Shown here in pieces: positions 49,814 through 57,495 of a stretch of DNA of 59,643 nucleotides. Position 1 is the first letter of the stretch, and every line of letters starts with the position of its first letter. Location of the stretch: assembly GCA_026992635.1 (NCBI GenBank), contig JALWYU010000048.1:1-59643 (forward strand), given 5' to 3'. The position numbers and the translations under genes are program-made. The DNA is from Bacteroidota bacterium (lineage in GTDB: Bacteria > Bacteroidota > Bacteroidia > JAADEI01). A model generated the notes under the pieces. That model was not told where the DNA came from. It did no database searches and worked only from the letters and a program-made list of their open reading frames with translations.

Positions 49814-50968
49814 ATGGAGTTCGGTTTGTCGGAGACGCATCGGATGATTCGGGAGGCGGCGCGTCAGTTTGCGGAGGAGGTGTTGTTGCCTACGGCGATT
49901 GAGCGTGATGAGAAGCAGGAGTGTCCAGAGGAGTTGCGTCGTCGGGTTGCGGAAATGGGGTTTTTGGGGATTACGGTTCCGGAGGAGTATGGTGGGGCGG
50001 GTTTGGATACGCTGGCGTATGCATTGGTGATGGAGGAGTTGTCCCGGACGGATGCGGCGACGGCGACCTTAGTGACGGTGCAGAATTCTCTGGTGAATGA
50101 GGGGATTTTGCGGTTTGGCACGCGTGAGCAGAAGGAGCGGTATTTGCCACGGTTGGCGACGGGTCAATGGATCGGTGCGTTTTGTTTGTCGGAGCCCGAG
50201 GCGGGGAGTGATGCCACGCGTCAGCGCACTGTAGCGGTTCGGAAGGGCGATGTGTACATTTTGAATGGAGTGAAGAACTGGATTACGAATGCGGGGTTTG
50301 CGGATTTGTTTCTGGTGATTGCGCAGAGTGATCCGTCCAAGGGGTATAAGGGGATTAATGCGTTTTTGGTGGAGCGTGGATGGAAGGGGGTTTCGGTGGG
50401 TCCGAAGGAGAACAAGATGGGGATTCGGAGTTCGGATACGCGTTCTGTGATTTTTGAAGATGTGGAGGTGCCTGTTGAGAATCGGTTAGGGGAGGAGGGG
50501 ATGGGCTTTCGTATTGCGATGCAGATTTTGAATGGGGGGCGCATTGGGATTGCGGCGCAGGCTGTGGGGATTGCGCAGGGAGCGTTTGACCGGGCGTTGC
50601 GGTATTCTACTGAGCGTCAAGCGTTTGGCAAGCCGATCTGCGAGCATGAGGCGATTCGGTTCAAGCTGGCGGATATGGCGACGTGGATAGAGGGTGCGCG
50701 GTTGTTGACGTGGCGTGCGGCATGGTTGAAGGATACGGGTCAGTCGTATGCGCTGGAGGCGGCGATGGCGAAGTTGTATGCTTCGGAGGTGGCGATGCGT
50801 GTTACGATTGAAGCGGTTCAGATTCATGGTGGGTATGGGTATGTGAAGGAGTATCATGTGGAGCGGATGATGCGTGATGCCAAGATTACGCAGATTTACG
50901 AGGGGACGTCGGAGATTCAGCGGCTGGTGATCAGTCGGTTTCTGTTGCCGGAGTTATACCGGAAGTGA
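49814..50968 (+). CDS. acyl-CoA dehydrogenase
   Basis: PEEYGG, FCLSEPEAGSD, NGVKNWITN, GRIGIAAQ, QIHGGYGY, IYEGTSEIQR. Confidence 0.96.
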   Translation: MEFGLSETHRMIREAARQFAEEVLLPTAIERDEKQECPEELRRRVAEMGFLGITVPEEYGGAGLDTLAYALVMEELSRTDAATATLVTVQNSLVNEGILRFGTREQKERYLPRLATGQWIGAFCLSEPEAGSDATRQRTVAVRKGDVYILNGVKNWITNAGFADLFLVIAQSDPSKGYKGINAFLVERGWKGVSVGPKENKMGIRSSDTRSVIFEDVEVPVENRLGEEGMGFRIAMQILNGGRIGIAAQAVGIAQGAFDRALRYSTERQAFGKPICEHEAIRFKLADMATWIEGARLLTWRAAWLKDTGQSYALEAAMAKLYASEVAMRVTIEAVQIHGGYGYVKEYHVERMMRDAKITQIYEGTSEIQRLVISRFLLPELYRK

Positions 50969-51013
50969 TTGGGTGTGGGGAACTTTCCGGGGTTGGTTGG
51001 GGTTGTAGAGGAT

Positions 51014-51475
51014 ATGGGAAATTGTTGTGGCATGGGTTCGTATTATCCGCCGGAGCTGGTTGAGCCGATGCGTCAGGAGGTGCTGGCGTTGGGTTTTGAG
51101 GATTTGCGTACGCCGGATCAGGTAGATGATTTCTTTCGGCGCAGTAGGGGTGGTACGGCGTTGTTGTTTATTAATTCGGTTTGTGGGTGCAGTGCTGGGA
51201 GTGCGCGTCCGGCGTTAGCGCTGGCGTTGGAGCGTGCGCGGGTGAAGCCTTCGTTGCTGGGCACGGTGTTTGCGGGTGTGGATATAGAGGCGACGGCTCG
51301 TGCTCGTGAGTATTTGCAGCCGTATCCGCCGTCGTCGCCGTCAATGGCGTTGTTGTCGGGAGGTGAGCTGGTCCGGTTTATTCCGCGTTTTGAGATAGAG
51401 GGTCGGGATTATCGTGAGCTGGCTGAGGAGTGGATCCGGTTGTTTGAAGAGTATTTTTCGGGAGGTGGGTCGTGA
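51014..51475 (+). CDS. BrxA/BrxB-family bacilliredoxin
   Basis: YP..LV.PMR, INSVCGCSAG.ARP (CGC motif), TVFAGVD, PPSSPS. Confidence 0.9.
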   Translation: MGNCCGMGSYYPPELVEPMRQEVLALGFEDLRTPDQVDDFFRRSRGGTALLFINSVCGCSAGSARPALALALERARVKPSLLGTVFAGVDIEATARAREYLQPYPPSSPSMALLSGGELVRFIPRFEIEGRDYRELAEEWIRLFEEYFSGGGS

Positions 51476-51556
51476 GTGGTGAGGGTTGTTGTTGTTGTTG
51501 TGCCGCCGCCATCCGCCACCCGCCCACCCTTATTTTGTCAAAAATGTGTTTTGTAG

Positions 51557-52633
51557 ATGGGGTTTGAACGGTATGTTCTGGTGACGGGAGGTGCTGGGTT
51601 TATTGGTTCGCATCTTGTTCGGTATCTGGTGCGTCGGTATCGGGATTGGGGGATAGTGGTTTTGGATGCGTTGACGTATGCGGGGAATTTGGAGAATTTG
51701 TCGGATGTTTTGGATGCGCCCAATTGTATTTTTGTGCATGGAGATATTCGGGATTCGGTGGTGGTGGAGGGTTTGTTTCGTCGGTATGGTTTTTGGGGCG
51801 TGTTTCATGTGGCGGCGGAGTCGCATGTGGATCGGTCTATTTATGATCCGGTGAAGTTTGCGGAGGTGAATGTGGTGGGGACGGTGGTGTTATTGAGTGT
51901 GGCGATGTGGTGGTGGCGTCGTCATTCGGATCGGTTTCATCGGTTTTTGCTGGTTTCTACGGATGAGGTGTATGGGTCGTTAGGGGAGGAGGGAGTGTTT
52001 ACGGAGGAGAGTCCGTATAATCCGCGTTCGCCGTATGCGGCGTCCAAGGCGGGTGGTGATATGTTTGCGCATGCGTTTTTTCACACGTATGGGTTTCCGG
52101 TGGTGGTTACGCACAGTACGAATAATTTTGGTCCGTATCAGTTTCCGGAGAAGTTGATTCCGTTGACGATTTTGCATTTTGCGGAGGGGAAGCCTGTTCC
52201 GGTGTATGGGACGGGTGAGAATGTTCGGGATTGGATCTGGGTGGAGGATCATGTTCGTGCGCTGGATGTGGTGTTTCAACGTGGTGAACCTGGTGGGGTA
52301 TATCATATTTCTGCGCACAATGAGTGGCGGAATATAGATGTGGTGCATGCTGTTGGGAAGCTGGTGGATGCGTATTTAGGTCGGTCTGAGGGCACGTATC
52401 GTCGGTGGATTCGGTTTGTTGCGGATCGTCCGGGACATGATTTTCGGTATGCGTTGCGTGCGGAGCGGATTCGGGGTTTGGGCTGGCGTCCGCAGGTCTC
52501 GTTTTTAGAGGGTTTGAAGCGGACGGTAGAGTGGTATTTGACGCATCGGGAGTGGGTGGATCGGGTGCGCAGTGGTGCGTATCGTCAGTATTTGAAGCGG
52601 CATTATTCGGCGTTGCTGGGTTCTTCTTCGTGA
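51557..52633 (+). CDS. rfbB: dTDP-glucose 4,6-dehydratase
   Basis: VTGGAGFIGS, DALTYAGN, AAESHVDRSI, STDEVYG, YAASK, DRPGHD.RY. Confidence 0.96.
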   Translation: MGFERYVLVTGGAGFIGSHLVRYLVRRYRDWGIVVLDALTYAGNLENLSDVLDAPNCIFVHGDIRDSVVVEGLFRRYGFWGVFHVAAESHVDRSIYDPVKFAEVNVVGTVVLLSVAMWWWRRHSDRFHRFLLVSTDEVYGSLGEEGVFTEESPYNPRSPYAASKAGGDMFAHAFFHTYGFPVVVTHSTNNFGPYQFPEKLIPLTILHFAEGKPVPVYGTGENVRDWIWVEDHVRALDVVFQRGEPGGVYHISAHNEWRNIDVVHAVGKLVDAYLGRSEGTYRRWIRFVADRPGHDFRYALRAERIRGLGWRPQVSFLEGLKRTVEWYLTHREWVDRVRSGAYRQYLKRHYSALLGSSS

Positions 52634-52654
52634 ATGCGTTGTGTAGGTATAGGG

Positions 52655-55564
52655 TTATCGGATGTAGAGGAGGGGGACGTGGAGAGGTGGCAGGTTGGGG
52701 TTGTTGTGGGTGTGGATGGTGATCCAGTAGATGCCGGGTTGGGGTAGCTGGTAGATGGTTTGGGTTCCGGCGGGGAGTGTGGAGGTGGTCTGGTAGAGGG
52801 TTTGTCCTGTGAGGTTGTGGATCTGGATTGAGGTGTTGGGTAGAGGCTGGCTGGTAGTGAGGAGGATTTCTCCGGAGGGGTTGAGGTGGATGGTGAGTAT
52901 CTGGTCTGTAGTGGTGGTTGGGAGGGCGGTGGCGCAGTTTCGGATGGTGATGGTGGCTTGGGCGGTGTCGGTTCCGCAGCCGTTGGCAGCCAGGAGTGTG
53001 ATGGTGTAGGTTCCGGGTTGGGTGTAAGTGATGGTGGTCTGTGGTGAGGAGGCGGTAGAGGGTGATGCTCCGGGCAGTAGCCAGAGGATGCTGTCGGCGT
53101 TTTGTGCGGTAGCGGTGAGGTAGAGGGTGTCGCCGGGGCACAGGGGTGTGTCGCTGGCTTGTATGGTGAAGGATGCGGTGGGTGGCTGGGTGGTGACGGT
53201 TACGGTGACTGTAGCGGTGTTGGAGCATCCGTTGGCGTCGGTTCCGGTGACGGTGTAGGTTGTGGTCTGGTTGGGTGAGGCGATGACCTGTGGTCCGGTT
53301 GTGGTGTTGAGTCCGGTTGCGGGTGCCCAGAAGTAGGATTGTGCGCCGGAGGCGGTGAGTGTAACGGATTGTCCCTGGCAGATGATGGGTGCGGTGGGTG
53401 AGATGGTGATCTGGGGTTTGGGATGGATGGTGATGGCGCCGGGTGCGTAGAGTGTGTCGGAGGCGAGGCATTCGCTATGGACGATGAGCGTCACGTCGTA
53501 GGTTCCAGGTGTGCTATAGGCGACCTGGACTTGCTGGAGTGTGTCGTAGGGGGGTGATCCGCCGGGCAGGTACCATTCGTAGGCGGAGGCGCCCTGTGAG
53601 GGAGAGGCGTCCAGGAGGATGGGTTCGCCCACGCATGCGGAGACGGGGTTGGGTGTGAATTGTGCCTGGGGCAGGGTGTCGGTGAGCACTAACCAGATGT
53701 AGTGTGAGACCTGGAGATTCCAAGAGTTGGGGTCGTCGTAGGCATACCAGGATCCGTCCTGCCAGATTTCCCAGGCGGTAGCGGGAATGGAGTTGCCATC
53801 GCTGTTGGTAACGATGGCGAGGGTATCGCCGGGTGCATAGGAGAATTCCACGCCGGCGAAGATCCCGTGGTTGGTGGGCAGTTGGATGGGTGTGTCTAAG
53901 GGTACGAGGAGCAGCCATCCGCTATCTACGGCTTGCTGGATTTGTGCGTAGGTGATGATTTCGGTTTGGAGGACGTTTCCGAAGGTATCCCAGATGCGGA
54001 CGTAGACGGGGTTGCCGGATCCGCCATCTTTTCCAACGCCAAACCAGAAGATGACGCCGGTCAGATAGGGGAAGCCGCTGTAGAGTGAAGGTGCGAAGTA
54101 TTCCATTTTGCCGATGTCTGAGAAGTCGTTATGTCCGGAGACATATCCGCCTGGGTATACATAGATTACGGGCACGTCGGTGGAGTCCACGTTGCCGACG
54201 ACTACGCAGGATGGACGGGGCAATACGTGGATGTAGTTGGTTTTGGTAAGTGTATCGCACCCGTTGTTGTTGCAGGCGATGAGCGTGACGTCGTAGGTGC
54301 CGGGGTTATTGTAGACGATATTCTGTGGGTTTTGGACGGAGGATGTGGCGGGTGTTCCGCCGGGGAAGGACCAGTTCCAGCTGGTGGCGGCGGGCAGGGA
54401 TTGGTCGTAGAAGTTGACGCTTTGCCCGGCGTAGATAGTGGTGGGTGTGCCGTAGAAGTCGGCGGTGGGTGGTGCGCCCTGTGGGTTGCATGCGTTGGAG
54501 GAGAGGAGTGGTGTCAGCCAGTTGAGCAGAACGTTTCGCATTCGTGTTTTCTGGCATTGTGTGAACATGTTCATGCAGGCGTCGTTGGTGTAGTCCATAT
54601 AGTTCATGAACATGATGCCGGGCGGAGAGGGTGAGCATGCGTCGGTTTGGGGGAAGGATGGGCATCCGCTGGTGGGTCCGGCTTGGTTGGGTGTATCCTG
54701 GCAGTAGTCTGTACCGTAGCAGGCGGTTCCGTCGTCACCCCAGATGTGTCGCAGGCTGAGGCAGTGTCCGACTTCGTGGGTGAGGGTACGTGATCCGAAA
54801 GGTGGGCAGCTGCCGGTGACGGTGCAGTAATCAATGACGGCGCCGTAGGTTACGTGTGAGGATGTGATCTGGTTGCCAGAGGGGAATTCGGCGTAGCCGA
54901 GCAGTCCGCCGCACAGGTTTCCGATCCAGATATTGAAGTACTGTGTGGGGTCCCAGGCGTCGAGTCCGCCTTGGCTCCAGAATTTGATGTCGTCGTTGGT
55001 GGTGAAGCAGGATATGTTGGGGTTGTATCGTCGTTCAATTCCGTTGGTGGGGTTGCCCTGTGGGTCCACCTGTGCTAAGCAGAACTGGATTTCAATGTCG
55101 GCGGCGATGGGTTTCCAGATGGCGGGTGTGTTGGAAGTGTCGGGGTTTTGTCGGCGGAAATCCAGGTTGAGTGCGTTGATGAGTGCCTGGATTTGTGCGT
55201 TGGTGGGGTTTTGTGCGCTGTTGGCGTAGACGACGTGGACGACGACGGGGATTGTGTAGACCTGTCCCGCCTGGAGCTGGATTTGGGATTGCTGGAGCCA
55301 CTGGAGGAATGCCTGTTCAAATTGTGTACGGAGCTGGTCGTAGGCAGGGTTTTGAGCGCGTCGGAGTGAGTCGTAGTAGTCGGTTGCGCATCGCTGGTAG
55401 GAGGTGGTGTGTGTTCCGCGTGGGGAGATGGTGTGTTTGGGTACGGTTGGCAGGGGTTCGTTGGGGAGCTGTGCGAGGAGTGATGGGTAGAGGGTGCAGG
55501 AGGTGATCAGGGTGGCGATTGCCAGCGTGGTGCGCAGTGTTTTTTTGGTGTGAGTTGTGGTCAT
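52655..55564 (-). CDS. M43 (pappalysin-like) zinc metalloprotease with PKD domains and probable T9SS type A CTD
   Basis: RCATD Cys-switch, IPVVVHVVY, HEVGHCLSLRHIWGD, MNYMDY, PKD repeats (WSFPGGTP..YNNPGTYDVTL), C-terminal NLTGQ..PGIYW. Confidence 0.9.
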   Translation of the reverse strand: MTTTHTKKTLRTTLAIATLITSCTLYPSLLAQLPNEPLPTVPKHTISPRGTHTTSYQRCATDYYDSLRRAQNPAYDQLRTQFEQAFLQWLQQSQIQLQAGQVYTIPVVVHVVYANSAQNPTNAQIQALINALNLDFRRQNPDTSNTPAIWKPIAADIEIQFCLAQVDPQGNPTNGIERRYNPNISCFTTNDDIKFWSQGGLDAWDPTQYFNIWIGNLCGGLLGYAEFPSGNQITSSHVTYGAVIDYCTVTGSCPPFGSRTLTHEVGHCLSLRHIWGDDGTACYGTDYCQDTPNQAGPTSGCPSFPQTDACSPSPPGIMFMNYMDYTNDACMNMFTQCQKTRMRNVLLNWLTPLLSSNACNPQGAPPTADFYGTPTTIYAGQSVNFYDQSLPAATSWNWSFPGGTPATSSVQNPQNIVYNNPGTYDVTLIACNNNGCDTLTKTNYIHVLPRPSCVVVGNVDSTDVPVIYVYPGGYVSGHNDFSDIGKMEYFAPSLYSGFPYLTGVIFWFGVGKDGGSGNPVYVRIWDTFGNVLQTEIITYAQIQQAVDSGWLLLVPLDTPIQLPTNHGIFAGVEFSYAPGDTLAIVTNSDGNSIPATAWEIWQDGSWYAYDDPNSWNLQVSHYIWLVLTDTLPQAQFTPNPVSACVGEPILLDASPSQGASAYEWYLPGGSPPYDTLQQVQVAYSTPGTYDVTLIVHSECLASDTLYAPGAITIHPKPQITISPTAPIICQGQSVTLTASGAQSYFWAPATGLNTTTGPQVIASPNQTTTYTVTGTDANGCSNTATVTVTVTTQPPTASFTIQASDTPLCPGDTLYLTATAQNADSILWLLPGASPSTASSPQTTITYTQPGTYTITLLAANGCGTDTAQATITIRNCATALPTTTTDQILTIHLNPSGEILLTTSQPLPNTSIQIHNLTGQTLYQTTSTLPAGTQTIYQLPQPGIYWITIHTHNNPNLPPLHVPLLYIR

Positions 55565-55654
55565 GGGTGAGGTGCGTTTTGGAGGTGGTTGCCCTTTTAC
55601 TGGGTAAGTTAAGGTTCTGCGGGAAAACTTCGTGGGCAAAATTTTTGTGGTGGG

Positions 55655-56710
55655 TTAGCGTATACCCAGTTCCCGGAGTTTTTTGTGGTATTGTCTTGCG
55701 TACTGGAGGTGTTCCTGGTAGGTTCGTGCGAAGTTGTGGTAGCCGGATCCGTCGGGACGTGCGACGAAGAAGAGGTAGTCGTGTTGTTCGGCGTTGAGGA
55801 CGGCGTCAATCGTGATGGGAGAGGGTGTGCAGATGGGTCCGGGTGGTAAGCCTTTTCGGATGTAGGTGTTGAAGGGTGAGGGGATACGAGTCATGGCGTA
55901 GGTGATGCGTCGTATAGAGAAGTCGCCGATGGCGTATTTGACGGTGGGGTCGGCTTGTAGTGGCATGTTTTTTCGGAGTCGGTTGAGGTAGACGCCGGCG
56001 ATTCGTGGTTTTTCGTCGTCGCGGTAGGTTTCTTCCTCTACGATAGAGGCTAAGATGATGACCTGCATGGGTGTAAGTCCGAGTGCTTCTGCTTTTTTTC
56101 GTCGTTCTTCGTTCCAGAATTGCTGGAATTCTTTCCACATGCGGTGGACGAGTGCCTTAGGTGAGGTGGTCCAGTAGAATTCGTAGGTGTTGGGGATGAA
56201 GATGCCGAGTACGGTGTAGGGGTTGAGTCCGAAGGTAGCGAGGAATTCTTCGTCCTGGAAGGTTTCCAGGAACTGGCTGGGAGTGGGTTCTAAGTGTTTG
56301 CCGAAGAACTGAGCCATTTGGTTGAGGGTCCGGAATCGGCGCCATGTGAGTCGGAGGGGGTCTTGTGCGCCACTGCGCAGTTTTCGGATGAGTTCTACGT
56401 AGCTCATGTTGTGGTGGATGGCGTATCTACCTGGGTAGACGTGGTGGTGGTAGTTCATTTGTCTGGCGAGCCATCGGAAGTAGGTGCAGTCGGAGACGTA
56501 TTTGGCTTGGCAGAGGGTTTGGATGACCTGGTTGAAGGTGGCGCCCGTAGGGATGTAGATGTAGGTAGTGCCGTTTTCGGTTTGGACGTGTACGGCGGGT
56601 CCAAAGGTTTTGTAGAGGAAGTGGTAGGCGATGAAGGCGGGTGGGATGAGGAGAAGTGTGAGGAGGATGAGCCAACGTCGTCTGAGTTTTTTCTGTACGC
56701 GTCGTTTCAT
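55655..56710 (-). CDS. mltG: endolytic transglycosylase MltG (YceG)
   Basis: N-terminal TM helix, PNTYEF, LASIVEEE, YLNRL..LQADPT, SPFNTY..GLPPGPI. Confidence 0.95.
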   Translation of the reverse strand: MKRRVQKKLRRRWLILLTLLLIPPAFIAYHFLYKTFGPAVHVQTENGTTYIYIPTGATFNQVIQTLCQAKYVSDCTYFRWLARQMNYHHHVYPGRYAIHHNMSYVELIRKLRSGAQDPLRLTWRRFRTLNQMAQFFGKHLEPTPSQFLETFQDEEFLATFGLNPYTVLGIFIPNTYEFYWTTSPKALVHRMWKEFQQFWNEERRKKAEALGLTPMQVIILASIVEEETYRDDEKPRIAGVYLNRLRKNMPLQADPTVKYAIGDFSIRRITYAMTRIPSPFNTYIRKGLPPGPICTPSPITIDAVLNAEQHDYLFFVARPDGSGYHNFARTYQEHLQYARQYHKKLRELGIR

Positions 56711-56736
56711 GGTGTGGGTGTTTTGGGTTTGGTGTT

Positions 56737-57393
56737 TCAGGGGGTGGGGCTGGTGGTTTGCCAGGGTTTGGGGTGTGTAAAGAGTTGCGCGCATTCCTGG
56801 ATGTAGGTGAGGATCTGGAGTTTACCGAGTTGGGTTCGGCTGGAGGTCAAGAAGATTTTTGGTGGTTTTTCCCAGTAGTGGGAGAGGAAGGTTTTCCAGG
56901 TTTGGAGTCGGCGGTGTAGTTCTTGCTGGTTGGGAATGTCGCATTTGGTGAGGACGAGTGCGAAGGGTATCTGGTGTTTGCCCAGGTGGAGGATTGTTCG
57001 TTTGTCCTGGGTGGTTGGTTCTATTCTGCTGTCGACAAGCAGGAAGAACATCATCAGTGTGGGTCGCTGAATGAGGTATTGCCAGATGAGGTGTTGCCAG
57101 TGCTTACGGAGGGTTTTGGGTACGCGTGCGTAGCCGTAGCCGGGCAGGTCGGCAAGGAGCCAATGCTGGTGGTGGCGTGTTGTGATTCGGTAAAGGTGGA
57201 TACCGCGTGTACATCCTGGTTTTTTGGAGGTACGTGCGATGGATTGTCCGGTGAGCATGTTGATGAGTGAGGATTTTCCGACGTTGGACCGTCCGCCGAA
57301 GGCGAATTCGGGCAGGGGGATCTGGGGCAGGTCGTGAAAATTCTGGAATGTGCCGAGGAATTCTGTGTGGGTGATGAGGTGGGAGGTAGGCAT
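56737..57393 (-). CDS. engB: ribosome biogenesis GTPase YihA/YsxC
   Basis: GRSNVGKSSLIN, PGCT, DLPGYGY, TKCD. Confidence 0.93.
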   Translation of the reverse strand: MPTSHLITHTEFLGTFQNFHDLPQIPLPEFAFGGRSNVGKSSLINMLTGQSIARTSKKPGCTRGIHLYRITTRHHQHWLLADLPGYGYARVPKTLRKHWQHLIWQYLIQRPTLMMFFLLVDSRIEPTTQDKRTILHLGKHQIPFALVLTKCDIPNQQELHRRLQTWKTFLSHYWEKPPKIFLTSSRTQLGKLQILTYIQECAQLFTHPKPWQTTSPTP

Positions 57394-57495
57394 TCGCGGG
57401 GGATTTCCTACCTTATCTGGTGAAAGTAACGGAGAAGGTTCCCGAAAGGTTTTGGGGGATTGTGGGGGGTGTGAGTCTGCTTAAAGGTTGTTCTG

